Of a stretch of DNA of 64,000 nucleotides, positions 29,763 through 45,180 are shown piece by piece. Origin of the DNA: the human T2T-CHM13v2.0 reference genome, Homo sapiens; the NCBI RefSeq assembly GCF_009914755.1, contig NC_060934.1. One strand, given 5' to 3'. The notes beneath the pieces are model-generated. The model saw only the letters and a program-made list of their open reading frames with translations. It had not been told where the DNA came from and did no database searches. Position 1 is the stretch's first letter. Every line of letters begins with the position of its first letter. The position numbers and the translations under genes were made by a program.

Positions 29763-32700
29763 TAAGTTATAATACATAGCGCCGTTGGCACTATAATGAT
29801 TAGAAATGTGACCCAACACAATACCCTGTTTCCAATATGGATATGAAATTCTAACACTGGTGGTGGAAAGTCTACCCACAACTTACTTTCACACTGTGCT
29901 CCACTCACAATGAGAAGATCTTGTTAGCAGATACAGAAGAGGAAACCCCAAGCCTTTCCTTCTGGGTGGGGAAAATTGTGTGAGTAGAGGAAAACAGTTT
30001 TCCTCACCACTTCTAGGGGTGAAGGGGCGATGTTTGCAGTTCCTGGGTGGCGAACTCCCACCTCCCCACGGCACTGGGTTCTACCATGCTCCCAACTTAC
30101 TCTTTGTTGTAAGATATCTACAGGAACCATCCACATGCACCATATGGCCATGGTATTGTCTTAGTAATGACAGGAAACACATTCCCCAGACAAAGAGAAG
30201 CAAGGAGAAGCACACATTTTACCAGGAATCACTTGAGGACAAAGCAGCATGTGTAGTAAATCATGTAGCAAATCTTTGCAAACTGCTGGTTAAACACCAG
30301 CACGCAGCCTTCCAGCCATGAAATGAATATCACTGCTTTCTATAATAATACATAACCAACCAATATTGGTAATGTCATAACGTGGAAAGCCTCATTTCTA
30401 AAATGAAAATCTGTCTTACTCAATAAATTACTGCCCATTGAGCTAGCATTGGCAAGGGAGCGTTTACCAGCTTTTAACACTCCCAAGGCAGGTCAATACA
30501 ATGGCCTGAAAAAATAGAGGACAAAGAGCTGAGGTCTGATTAAAAACAGGAAAATATTTTTTGAGGGGGAGACTGTCGGATTTTCTTTGGGGCATCTCTG
30601 ATGACTCAAAGAGCTGTTTAATTCATCACTTGACACTACAAGCTAAAGAAAATATTTTTAAGCAATTGTCTCATTTCCTTAGATAAAACACATGTTTTTT
30701 ACAGAGCCTGGGCCTGTGAACATCAATGCTATTCTAGGCTCTGTGGGCTTAACTCACAGTACCTGACCATTGTGCTCATTAACTTAGGATCCTGGACTTC
30801 TTACTGTTATGAATCTGAATGCAGTCGCTTTAGAGTTAGTGACATAGCTCCCTATCTCTTTCTGTGTTGTGTCCCTATGGTGGTATTACCTAGAAAAAAT
30901 GCTGATGGCTAAGGCTAAAATTACCATTAATAACCGGAAATTCATAGTGCAACCTCTACGTGTTAGGCATTTTATGAAGGGTTAAATTTATGTACAGTGT
31001 CTCTTTCAATTCTCACAACAATCATACAAGGGACATTTTATGGACAAAGAAACAGAGGAACAAAGTGATATGTACCTTTCTCAGAGTCACATAACTTACC
31101 AGTGTTTGACCCAGGACTTATACCCCAGAGAAGACTGGTGGCCCGTGTATGAGCTGCTACACCTATGCTATTCCCCAATTCATATTTTATAACCATAATG
31201 ATTAGAAAGATAGTTTATAATTTCTCAGTAATAATAATTAAATCCAATAGCTTTTCTTTTTGGAGATTCATTATTTTATATAATTATAAGGAATATGAAA
31301 TGATTTCTGATTGTGTTGACTATTAGTTTAAAGTTAGCACTGGCCACTGAAAAACAAAACTTTGCAAATAATTTATTCATGCTGTCGAAAAACAAAATGG
31401 TAGCAACGAAACATTTTGAGCAAAGGATAACAATTGAACACTTTAAAATTAGGGTAAAGAATAAAAATACCCAAGTAGAAGAACAGCGCAAGGCAGGAAA
31501 AATCTCACGAATTTTCTTTTAGTCTTAATTGCCTGAATTAATGCCTTTTTCCATAGTTAAATTAAAGGAGAGCATTTTCCTGGGTGGAAACAAATAAAAC
31601 CTTTGCTCATAGTAAAACAGTCCCAAGTGAATGAACAGATGAATTTTCCTACCAGAAGACTTGATCCAGCCAGTTAGAATAACATGAGATAAGGCTGCAA
31701 CAGCACAGGGGCAGTGGAAGGGCTGGCTTCCCTGACTGCCACTGCAGTCACAGCAAAAGAACAACAAGAAAATGAGTAAGAAAAATGAAGGCCCCACACA
31801 AGGGCTGACCTCCGTCTTTTTTGGCAGATGAAAGGAGATAGTGCTTACATGGGCTCTGTCACATCTGGATTTATAACACATTCTCCCACTCTCATGTGAA
31901 TTTTTCTTTTTGCATAAATCAGGAGCAACTAATTAAAAAAGAAATATTTAATTCTGACATGTTCTTTGAACTGGAGTCCCATCTGGTTCTGTTTGAATAG
32001 TAAAATCTGCTGTAGTTGTTAAAACTGGCAAGTAGCATTGTCCAAAAGAAACAAAAGGGACTCGATGCAGCAGGTTAACACTCCAGCATTTCAGCTAGAG
32101 ACTTTTCCAGAATCCAGCTACCCAAATCACTCCAATCTGGAAACCATAAAGATCAAATGTGAAGGTGAAGAATGCCATTTTCAGGTGGAGTCACTACCAT
32201 TGCTCTGCATTTTCTTAGTGTGATGGAAACAGCATCAGGCTCTGAAAGGCCTTTGTTTGAGAGCAACGCACGGAACTGTGGCAAGCCACCAGAAAACGCT
32301 CAGCTTATTTTATGAAACACATTTAAGACAAATATGAGAAGACAGTCTTCATGCATTGGACGCAAAACCTGAGGGCTTTTTTCCTTTTCCATATTATCTA
32401 GAGCAGATACAATTGTATTCACCAAAACCAGACAAATATTCCATTTACATTCCTCTCTTACTTGATAAACCCGTAAAAATCTGGACACCAGGACACACTA
32501 CATTCTGATAACAAAGAGGGAGAAAATGAAATGGTGCTGGGGTTTCTATACACTCTGAAATACAAGTAATCAACATCTAATGCAATTTGAAACTCTTATG
32601 TAGAGTCAAAGAGAATGGCTGATTACATCTCTATGCTTTAGAAAAGATTGTTTTACATTTTTAAGACATACGCCGACCTGTGAAATCTTTTCTCCTTTAA

Positions 32701-34275
32701 AATATTTTCCTTCAATTGCATGTTAACTTGCAGATGAATACCTTGGAAACCTTTAACAGCTTGGTCAAAAAGATGACATTTTAATGTCCCCTCCTCCCCT
32801 TCCTGCAAAGAGACTTAGGAGTTCTTTCCAGGCAGTAAAAGATTCAGGGACTTAATACTTTTAATTAACATTTTTTGAATGCTTATTTGTAAGTTACATT
32901 TAATTTAAAACCTGAGCCTAGTCCTTTGATTTGGAAAGAGGACACGCTGTCAGAACAGACCAAATGTAATCCCTAGGAATTTGGCTAAGATTTTAACTTA
33001 AAAACTGTCTGATAGAAATTGCCTAACTGAAATTTCTTAACAGAGAAAAAATAAGTATGCTACAGTTTTAAAACAATGGTAATCAGTCTCAAATATGTAT
33101 ACATGGGATGAAAATCTTCCGGTCAAGAACCTCATAGGAGAATCAGCGCATGTGCTCTTGCTAGATGGGTTTACTTAATAAAGAGTTAGCAAGCACGTAC
33201 TACATAGAGGGCATGGGTGGGTATTGTGCTCTTCTAATATAACTCTTGATTCCATCTGATTGTTTATGTGTAATATCCATGAAAGCTAGGAAAGTATTCG
33301 TCTAGTAGAAGACCGAGAGGGTAGGAATTGCATGGGTTAGGTAGGCAAGAGAAACGTTTGGGTTCAGTGCTGCTGATCTGGTTGACTGCAAGGGTACAGC
33401 TCTAGATACCCTGTAAGATTAAATAGAGTGTGTATACAGGTCACCCGTTCCTAATATTTGTCAGCCCTAAAACAAAGAGGGTAACAGTAATAGAAGAATG
33501 AGTTAACGGCTGGTTTGGATTTCAGCCACTTTAAGACATGGTAGCAGAATTGGTGATCTCTGCACATAATTCAGTAGGACTGTATTGTGTTGATAAAGTA
33601 TTGCTGACGATTATTGTTTTTGTTACTATTAAAAACTTCTCTGGGGCAACCATTATGTGTCAGGTATTGTACTAAGTGCTAACTTCCTGTACCTCATCTT
33701 CCATTTTCTTAACTGTCCCGCAGACAGGTTTTATAGATAATGAAGCTGAGACGTAGCGCAATTAAGACCTTTTTTTTCTTCTTTTTTTTTCACACTCCTG
33801 GTCTTTCTGAGCAATTATTACCTCTGCTTGGAGCCTAGCAACTGATAAACTATGGAGCCCAGAGTGTCTGCTCACACAGCTGCATCCCAAAGCCCAATCA
33901 TGGAGCTTCACACATCGTAGCCACTCAAACTAAAAGTGTGAAATTACACGAAACTGAAGAATGCCAAGTATCCAGATAAAAGCATTTCGTCCATTAAATC
34001 CAACACACATTTACTGTATGCCAGGATCTGGAAGCACACAAGCCTATGTGGAGGTAATGATGTTATGAGACTGAAAGTAAAAAGTGTCAGCCTAGTGATA
34101 AGTGGGGCATTATGGGATTCAGAAGAAGGGAAAATTACTTCTGGAAGGGTCTAGAAAGGGCTTGATGGAAAACAGGTCATTTGAACCATTCAAAGTGGAC
34201 CTCATAGGACAGGGGGTTGGACTTTGGCTGGGGAAGCAGAAGCGGCCAGCTTTGATGAACTAACGGCAGAAGAAA

Positions 34276-34283
34276 CACACATG

Positions 34284-34319
<36 letters not shown>
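34276..34319. repeat. Compound (CA)/(GC)/(CA)n microsatellite
   Basis: acacacatgcgcgcgcacacac... Confidence 0.95.
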
Positions 34320-34321
<2 letters not shown>

Positions 34322-34372
34322 TCCCACCCAATTGCTTACATTTGAAAATATTTGCTATGATGAATATTTTCC

Positions 34373-34654
34373 TTCTTCTTTTTTTTTTTTTTTTTTTTTG
34401 AGATGGAGTCTGGCTCTGTTGCCCAGGCTGGAGTGCAACGGTGGATCTCAGCTCACTGCAACCTCCACCTCTTGAGTTCAAGTGATTATAGTCGCTGGGA
34501 CTACAGGGGTGTGTCACCATGCCCAGCTAATTTTTGTATTTTTAATGGAGATGGGGTTGTGTCCTGTTGGCCAGGCAGTTCTCCTGACCTCAAGTGATCT
34601 GCCCACCTTGGCCTCCCCGCTGGGATTACAAGTGTGAGCCACCAGGCCCGGCCC
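34373..34654 (-). mobile_element. Alu with internal deletions
   Basis: TSD gatgaatattttccttct on both sides. Confidence 0.85.
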
Positions 34655-35439
34655 GATGAATATTTTCCTTCTATCTGGTATCTCATGGCAAAATTCCTTC
34701 GGAGAGCAAAGATAAGTGTCCTCTCCCACTGCAAACACACACACTCACACATACACAAATGCACACAAACACTTTTGTATGGGCCTTTATGTAGTCCAGG
34801 AGTCTAGGCTGTGAAGTGTTTGGCTAGTGACAGAAGGACAATGAAATCTTCCTTGTAGGTAAACTTGAAGTTCATGATCATGCACCACACTGCTGAGGTA
34901 ATTCTGCTAAAATGTGTGGCTTCACTGCCTCTGGGAGTCCAAGCATTCCTGGGAATGAGACAAAACCTCAACCTGCATGAGTCAGCGAGACTTCTCTCTT
35001 GAGTCTAGCAGCACACGCTGCAGCTCCTATCCTCTGTGGATGTCTACATTTAAAATAAAACCTGTCAATGAAATGGCACAGAAACTGTGGATGCTTTCTT
35101 TAAAGATTCACGCTTCTGTTGAAATCACACTGTTCTCGCCTCAAACATTTAAGGAGAAGTTCATGAGTTCAGAGCATGATCTTCTAATGATGAGCAGTTG
35201 TGTTTCTAATATCCAGTCCAGTGTGGAGAGAACTTCATGGGTGGCTATTATTCATTCATAACACAAATAAGTGCTAGGTGCTTGGGTGAAAGGGAGTGAA
35301 GGTGATAAGATTCCTGCCCTCTAGACAGTGAGGGAAAGAGTCAAGTAAATAGTAAATCACAATACAGAGTGAACAGATTGCATTAAAATGAATCAATGCA
35401 TTCTGGTACAACAGAGAGAAAACTGGGGTGATGCAGGCA

Positions 35440-35640
35440 GCATATGGTGGAAAAAAGCACAGACCCCAGAAGTAGCTTTGTAGCTTTGACCTGCAGGAGT
35501 GACCTGGATAATGTTAAGCAAGTTACTTAGTCCATTCAAGTCTTAGTTTCCTCTACTCTCAAACAGAAATGCCAATGCTTACCTCATTTAGTCATTCTGC
35601 ATGGCTACTATGAAGATCACGATGATGCATATGTACACAT
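35440..35640 (+). mobile_element. MIR fragment
   Basis: aagcaagttacttagtccattcaagtcttagtttcctc MIR core. Confidence 0.55.
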
Positions 35641-35674
35641 ATTAACCATGAGAATGTGACCTAATATTTTTTTA

Positions 35675-36118
<444 letters not shown>

Positions 36119-39100
36119 TCAGATTCACCTATTTTCACATATAGTGCCTAATTCTTAACAGATGCTCAATAAATGTTTGTTGAATTTAAATTCGATGTTA
36201 TGTAAGTCTGGCATTGCCGGCAAGATCTGAAACTCCTTTCCTCCAAACTGCCTGTCATTAAAGTCAATGTTAAGGTGTTTGAGCAACTGACTTATACCCT
36301 TAAGCTAGGAATGTGACTACTCTTATCTTAGCATTTCTAACTGCAAATATTACAATAAATCATAAACTTTCTAGTCCTTTGAAAAGTTCACCACTTAAAA
36401 CTAGAGTCTGCTAACTGATGAATTTCACTGGCTAGGTCCACACTGTGTGAAGTATTCCTTTTTATTTATTTCTCAAATGACCTCTCCCTAACTTAATAGT
36501 GGTTCTCTTCCTGGAGTTACCCCCAAAGGCATCAGAGATTAAATACATTTTTCGCTATATCTATTATGCTCTCAAATACCTCACTCAAACCTCGTCTCAA
36601 CCTTCTTATTTTAGAGCTAAGGTTATTTGCAAGCATGACGTCCACAGGATGTTTATGTATCAGATGTTTACCTACCTGGTATCTCAGACTTCTCCCATAC
36701 CCTTCCTGTATTTTTGAAAATAGAACAACATCAGAATTTGACTGCATCACTAGAGTGACCGCATCAAAATGGTTTTACCAAATTAACATATGATCTTTTA
36801 TAAGTTGTTGGAATTGGAGCTTTCTGTGGATAGGAAATGAATATAGACTTCAGGCCTTTTGCAATCTGTGCGTTTCTTTGTCTCATGGTCTCTGAGAAGC
36901 AGCCTCACAAAAAAAGCCTCATGGAAGAAGTCTTGGAGGTGGCTGTGCAGTGAGGCAAGGATGTCTGACACCTTTCCAAGGTGAAGTTATTCACACACAC
37001 ACAGACACACACACACCTCTCCAGGTTTTCAGCAGTTTAAAGAAATTTTCATGCCTAAAAGACTAGGAAAGTATTAAATAGCATGTACAGGTAAGGTGTA
37101 TTTTTCTTTTAAAAGCTGTTATTCTATGCTACCCATAAAGTTTTATCTGCACGATTGGGTGATTTCTAAGTGGCTCAAGATAAACACACACTTTTACTCA
37201 AACAGCATCTGTCTATTCCAGCACAAACAAATGCGTTGCTGATTATTGGTTTTGCAGTTAATCATGGCTTTAATTTGTCTACCTTCCCCTTTAAGCTTGG
37301 TTTCAAAAACAAACACAAGGATGAATTTCTGGAAACTAAAGACTTGCAGATGAGGGTGATGGTCTAAATCAGTCTCTTGGCCTATAAAGTTTGACAGCAT
37401 CTTTTTACACCAATTTTCCATGTATTTCCCAGTGATCTAGGTGGGCCTCTCCTGGTAATGAGAGTTTCCTGTGCTGATGGAGAACTTGGAAGTGCAGGTG
37501 TCCAAAAAACTCTCCTTGGCATTAAAAATCCTGCAAGGAGCTGATGGGATTACTGAGATTAAAGTCGGCTGCCAGCCTAAGGTTATAACGAATGCTACCC
37601 TGGAGACAAGAACGAAGAGAAAGAACAGGCTGCCTAGGTACAGCTGGTTGTCAGAAATTGTGGGTAAACAGTTAGTCTCTGAAGGAATGCCAATCATTCC
37701 TGAGAACAGATGAAGTGAACTTCTCAATTTAATATTTGGTCAACTGCATTTCCCTGTTGGAAGCTTATCATTCAGCCAGGAGCTGTATATGCTGATTTGT
37801 TTTTGAAGCTCACATTAAGGGGATGGGGAAAGCCTTGCAAAAATGAATTTTCAAAGAATGACTCTCCAAGAAAATCTTGTGTAATTAGAATTCACAGCAG
37901 ATGTTTGGAACTGAGCAAAGGCCAGCCTAGGGCAGGAGAAAGGCAGTCAAAATAGAAACGCCATGTGTGGAGGTAGAAAATGAAAATGAGGAAGGAAAAA
38001 ATGTTACCCAGTTATCTGTGGTTTCTGTGCTCCTCTTGGGAGAAAGGGGCAAGGCATAGCATTATTCCGTGCTCTGAAGACATGTGCTCCCTTTGCTATC
38101 CAAATGCAGTCAGTGGACAGAACTCAAATTCTTTTCATGTTCCAGGAAAAAAAAATCTATCGATACTAATCTCATGCATTTCAGCCAGGGTCACCCAATG
38201 GAAAAAATGCATCTGTACAACAACTTTAAACCATAGGAGGACAAACACAGATGTCACACTAACTACATCGTGTTATTCCTCCCTAGCACTGCCTGAAGTC
38301 CTTAACATAGTGGCAGCTGTGGCTCATCTATTCACTGGAACCGTTCTTAAAACACGGTTGGATACCTCTATTTCAACCACACACTTGGAGGTGACAAGAG
38401 GTGAAATGCCTTTTTGGTGAACAGGACTGTGCTGTTGTATGTGTGTGGTGGTGGTGGTGGTGGTGTGTGTGGGGTGCATCTTTGACAGAAAAAATAGGGC
38501 TAAGGCACATGTTTGGAAAGGCTAAAAAAAAAAAAGACATTCCTTTCATACAATCTTAGAGGTTTTCAGAGCAATGGAAATCCTCTCACGTTGCCATTAT
38601 AGTTTTAGATGCAAAGTTAAGGATTAAAACATATCACTTTGAATGATTTTAATACATTCCAGTATTGAAAAAGAAATGAATTGATTCTTAATCTGTTTGA
38701 ATTATTTTTGATACAAAGATTTTAATTCAGATGAATTTTATATGAGAAACATAAATATTCGAAATCTAGACACTTTAAAGAAAGATAACTAGATAAATAG
38801 ATGTTTGTATTAAACCCTTCTGGAAGAACAGCAACATTCTTCCACTAAGGAAACTGGACTACTGTATTACAGAAGTTGATAGTCGGAGCTGAATTTCAGC
38901 ATATAGAGGTTGAATCCCAAATCACCTCTTCCTGCCTCCTTTTACTCCCCCCAGAAGACACAGGGCTGTCCAGATGAAGGTCATGTAAGATGCTCAATAA
39001 ATGAATTCACCTATTTACAAGTGGTTGATTTTAGAGGAAATATCATGTTAAATGAACAAAAGTATTGTCTGATTTTTCTTTACGTGGTAAATGATTGTTA

Positions 39101-40732
39101 AATAAATGAATTCTTGCCATTTTATATTGGAGCTTTCCAAATAAATAACAGCATCCTTATAAATATATACAATATTTAGAAACTACATTAAAACTAAAGA
39201 AGTAATATAATGTACGTGCTATAAAATGTTGCTGATTGAGACTGGCAATGATTAGTTTTGATTTTTAAAGGTATGTTTAAATAACCTGGCCAGTAAAATT
39301 CTGCATGTTACACCCCATTTTTTAAGGTGGAAAACTTCAAAAAATTCTTTTCTCTTCTCCCCCTAAACTCTGTGTACCTCCAGAAATATCAAAAAATTTT
39401 TCTTCAGTATTTCACATTTCATATGATTTTCTAACTTCTTTTCATTATCATGAGTGTTTCCCACTGGAAATGTGTATTTTATTTCCAGATCCTCAAACTT
39501 AAGGCTCTGTGAAATTTCTTGCACCTGTAGCCATTTGCCTTTGGGTCTACCTGGGTCTTGGTCTTTTATTCTGAGATGGGATCTACCTGCATCAGCTTTA
39601 GCCCTAGGTAAACACACCAAGGCTAGACAGATAAGACAAGTATAATGAGTTTCTTCATACAGCTGGATCCCTGGTGCTGCCTTTTCTTTTCTTCTTTCTG
39701 GGTTAGTATTATGGCCTACAAACTACTCAGAATGGAACATGGTATTTGTCTTCTTAAGGAAGGAAGAAAATAGCAGATTTTGGCAAGACTTTAAGGTGTG
39801 AACAGTCTGTAATGGTGGGTAAGCCCATGCCTTACAGATATTTCCTTCAAAGACTGGAGGGACATGAAAGATGAACCGTTTGGGCTTCATCTTATCTCCC
39901 CCTGTGGGCTGCACTTTCTTACAAGATAGCACAAAAGCACCAAGGAAAAAGGCCCCGCGAGTGAAGTTTCTATGTGAAATCCCCAGAGAAGCTTCCCGAT
40001 GAAGCCAACCTGAACGATTATTTGATCTAAGAAAAAAAATCTTGTTAATTAAAAAATTTGCTATGTGCTGCCTCACATAATTATCATAGTGTTTAAGACA
40101 AATTCCAGCCATACTCCATATATTTATATGTTCATCTTAGGCAAGCTCAGGGCACTAGCTGATTGAGTAAATTTATTTTTAATAGAATCACAGAATTTTA
40201 AATGCTTGAAACAACCCAAGCACCTGTCTGGTCCGATCACCCATCCCCTGGAGAATTTCACTGATAGCCTTCTCAGGCTAGCTAAAAGAATAAAGGAGCT
40301 TATTTATTTATTTTTCTAGATCCAAAATATGTAGTTAGAAGTTTAAAGCATTGGAATTGTAGGAAGAATAAAACTTTGGTAGAATTGAGACATCTCATTC
40401 TCCTGAAAGAAGGCAATTAGAATAATGCCATACATAAGTGCATTTTTCACCCCTTGGGGTAAACAGAGCTGGGAAAAAAGTGCCCAAGTCACATGCACAA
40501 GTGCATATGTCATCATCCTCAATCCTAACATGTGCAATTAGTCTCAAACACTTACTCTGTTCAATAGTTGGAAATATAAAAGCATAATGTATTTTATTAC
40601 TATTGGGATTTATAGAGCATTTTAAAATTTAATCTACTTTCCTCTCTTTATTTGAATCCAGAATTGAATGAGATTAGATGGCTAAGGGAGGGAGGGAGGG
40701 AAGGAGAAGGAGAGTGGAGAAGGAGGGTAGAG

Positions 40733-40735
<3 letters not shown>

Positions 40736-40767
<32 letters not shown>
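40736..40767. repeat. (TG)n microsatellite preceded by a polypurine tract
   Basis: Direct reading. Confidence 0.95.
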
Positions 40768-40768
<1 letters not shown>

Positions 40769-42034
40769 ATGCATGCTTGCGTCTGCCTATGTTTCAGATC
40801 AGCATCCAAAATTGCTATTCTGACGTGGATCAAAATTGCCATTTTGATGTGGTGCTTTCAAATGGTGCATAAAATGAGAACTATACAAGGGTACAAAATC
40901 CTCATCCACACCAGGGCTTTGGAATTTACAGGGTTCAGCTCTCTCTCACCTTTGGAGAAGGTGGCTGTGGATGTGCTAGAGGAGTTTTAAAGTGTGGGTT
41001 CTGCCAGTTCTGAAGAACACATATTTTTTTGCTCTGGTGCTTTCAAATTACGATATGAAAGTATTTAAAGCTTAGGAGTTGGTGTGTTACCTCACACGCG
41101 ACATAAATGTAGCCATTGCTCCTAAATGTGAACATTAATGCACTCTGTAAAAGGTGCAATTATTACCGCTGGGACAGAAATCAACAAACTCCACCAAAGG
41201 AATTTCTTAAAACTGCTATCATAAAATCTGTGCATGTTATGGATTTCATTAACATTTTACTCCCTGAGGATTCCCAATTGTATAATAACAGAAGTTCTTT
41301 AAATTTTAAATACCACAGACAGGAACAGCCTTTCACCCAAAACAGATGTGAAACCATCAACTTTGCCTCCTTATTGGTCCACAGATATGAAACTGGTTGG
41401 TAATTGATAGCTTTTAATGTGTTGCTATTTAGGTTACAGAAGTGGAAACTTAATATTATCTTTCCCATGAAAAGATAAGTTATTAACCAATAGACAGCCT
41501 TTTCAACCACAATTCTTTACTCTTGATTATATTTGAATTAAAAAAAATAACCCAAGAACTCTCTGATTTACATACCACATAAAAACAAAACTAGGTAGGC
41601 AAAGGTCAGTGACATACAACGTTCATGTGTCAAAGAGCTAATTTCAGTCTTATTTTGCCTAAATCTTGTCAATGATAATTTGCAATTTTATCCTGTGCTT
41701 CCTTTTCTTAATCCCATCCTTATTAGTGCATTTTGAGACCCAATTGTACAGGCTTCTAAAATAACATCTGTATTTATTTAGCTAAAAACAGTTCACTTTT
41801 AAAAGCTAAAAATAGGGAAGCCTAAGATAAATAAGCAGGAAGGTTTATGAAGCTATTTTCCTGCATAAGGCAAACAAACACATCTGTATTTTTGGAAAAC
41901 AAAAGAACTACGGTTCTGTTCAAATAATATCTACAAGCAGTCAAGAAGTGATAAAAGCCAGCCAAACAACAATGAATTTTTTTCTTTCAAAAGGCTGATT
42001 ATATGAAAAAAATGAATTTTAGGATCTTTTACGC

Positions 42035-42258
42035 CAGCGGTTTTCAAGTGGGGGTGATTGTTCCCTAAGTAGGATATCTAGCAATGTCTGGAGACAGTAT
42101 TTGGGTTTTATGACTTACATGTGTATGTATGCTATGTGCTTCTAGTGAGCAGAGGCCTGGGACACTGTTCAACATCCTATCTTGCACAGGTCAATCCCTC
42201 CAAAAGAAAAAGATTATGCAAATCAAAATGTCAGTATTGCTCAGACCAAGAAACCCTG
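42035..42258 (+). mobile_element. MER20 (hAT-Charlie DNA transposon)
   Basis: cagcggttttcaa...gcaatgtctggagaca...caaaatgtcagtattgc...agaaaccctg. Confidence 0.8.
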
Positions 42259-43385
42259 CTCTAGATGTAGTCCAACCATGTAAGTTAAAGCTTCTGCAGT
42301 GATTGTTCAATTTCATAGGCGTCATTTGCCAGTCAGCAAATAAGTAGGGATAGGCTGGGGTTTAAACATGCTTGCTTGGTCTTCAGGACACCAGCCTCAA
42401 CAGAGACTCAAATCCATTTTCATCTTGTTACAATGGAGTAGGAGCAGGGATGCTAAGATTCTAGTCCAGGTTCTGTCATTAACTTCCTCTGTGGTCTTTC
42501 AAATCACTTAACCTCTGAATTTATGCAAAATAAGGGATTTAGACAAAAGGATGCCTGTATCCCTTTTAGTCTTAAAGTTGAGATATCCCTGAAAGAAAAA
42601 TAATTCTTCTCTAGACCATAACTATGAGTGTTTGTTTCAAATAGACACTGGCATCAAACAGTAAGAAACCAAAACTGTAAGTAAAATGGAAAGTTGATGC
42701 TACACAGGTAATTTATTTGTAAGCGTAATTCTACCTGAACAGTGGTGGTTCTCGAAGAATTGTCTTTTTGGTGATGCTTCATCATCAAAATCTAAGAGGC
42801 TTTTTCAAATATCATACATTTTCTTTAAGGTGTGTTGACATGAAATTAGTATAATCATTGCACTGATTTTTTAAGCTGAATTAATTAGTCAACTTGACCA
42901 AAATGGTCAAAATCATATTGGTAATTTCTTTCTTTTTTTTTTTTTGGTAATTTCTACAAAACAAAACAATCAGTTAAAAATATCCAAATAATCATCTCTA
43001 ATGTGTGCACCTGTTTTCCCCAAATCATACCCTCCTTAAAAAAAAAAACACCTTAGAATTTAATCCATCTCTACCTACATATTCCCTTCAAATGACTCCC
43101 TGTGATGTGAAAAGCCATGGTCCCAGGACAACATTAGGAAAAGTTCCTCAGGACACTGTAGATTATGGAACAGACTTCCTGGGTGGAAACTCAGTCATAG
43201 GTAACAGACCTCTGCTTCATTAATGGGTAGTATGTAAAGCATTTATTTTATGGAGGAAATAGAAGTCAATGCAGAATCAGGGTAAGCACCAAAAGCTCAC
43301 CTTGGGGAATTTTTTTTAAAGCAAATTGTCTTCCTTCCAGATGAATGTTTTGGTTGAAACAGCATATTAGTATTAGTTGCAATAA

Positions 43386-43412
43386 ACACACACACACACA
43401 CACACACACACA
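43386..43412. repeat. (CA)n microsatellite
   Basis: Direct reading. Confidence 0.95.
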
Positions 43413-44756
43413 GAGCACACCTGGGGAATCCACATCCATTTGAACAGCTGTATTTTCCCTAGTTTTGCCAACACTGTATTTTACATGCATCATTCCACAT
43501 TTGGGTAACCCAGTGAGCTATTTTTGTCAGTTCTCTACTTACAGATTTATAAAGTATCATTTTAATGTAATTTTGGCAATTTACTAATGATCTGAATGAG
43601 TTAATACACCCCCTAAAGTGTCTGGTTTATAGGCACAGAGTGTTTACAATCAGGATAACCTGGTCCTATGTATGCTCTGGATCAGTCAATTTAGCAGATG
43701 GAACCAATTCTGAATACAACACTATGGACAAAACCTGTGAGAAACCAGCAATTTGGTGAAAAAAATCAAAAATGATTTCACAGGCGATACCTCTTCCACG
43801 CTCAACCCATTAATACTGGAGAATAAAAAGATCTGTCCAGAAAGTTTAAGAGAAAAGAAAATTGTATATGAAACTTGTTAAAACAAATGACATTCTAAAG
43901 CTTTAAGGTAAATTACTTCAGTTTCTACTTTCAATGTGGGGAGATTCTAACTTTAAAGATAAAACAAGGGTTTCAAGTAACAAATTCTTCAAATTGAATA
44001 TGTCAGCACTCACTCATCCCACCTGAAATGTGATAAATAAATATCATACTACCATTTTTCAGAGGAAATATTTCCAAGGGCTCATAAGTTATTTCACTCC
44101 ATTTGGTCTTAAAGGAAGTCCAGGCCCTTCACAGCTCCTGAAATCAGGTCTACGCCATTGTGTTATTTTTCATGTCCATTCTCTGCAAGTTGTAACAGGC
44201 AATTCAAATTTTGAATCATGACAGAGCCATTTTGGAAGTTGCCAGAAGCAACAACTCACCACTCTGGATGGGATGTTGGTGAAGTGTATGGATGGGAAAC
44301 CTTGGAGGACTGAAGGAAGGACCCTGGGGCCGAGGGTGGCAAACCTGACTGTGTCTGACAGCCTCGTCTGTGGCCCATTAGGCCTGATGCCAGGATTAGT
44401 TATGTTTCTCCGAATAGCTGGCATGAGAGTATCTCTCCAGCATACCTCAGTCGCAAGAGCATGCAGTGAAAAACATAATCAGAGTGGCCAGAGAGCTTTG
44501 CAAGCCTCACCTGCACCCTGGCTGGGTGTCACATCCAGAGGCAAGTGGCAATGCACGCGCTGGCCACGGTTTGACTTCTCCTTCTGTGCCTGCTGTCTTG
44601 CTTCCTGAGTCTGAGGAAGGATATCCACGTCCATTGTGTAAGACCGTGATTTCTCACAAGTTATATCTTTCTCCGGAGTCAGGACTTTGGTGAACCATTT
44701 AACCCCACTGGGCCTCAGTTTTCTCATGTGAAGATGGGGGTAAAAATCTCTGGTCA

Positions 44757-45180
<424 letters not shown>

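Noticed and set aside
42835-42855. TTGACA...TATAAT resembling a bacterial sigma70 promoter
   Set aside because: Spacer is 9 nt, not about 17, and the context is a human intron
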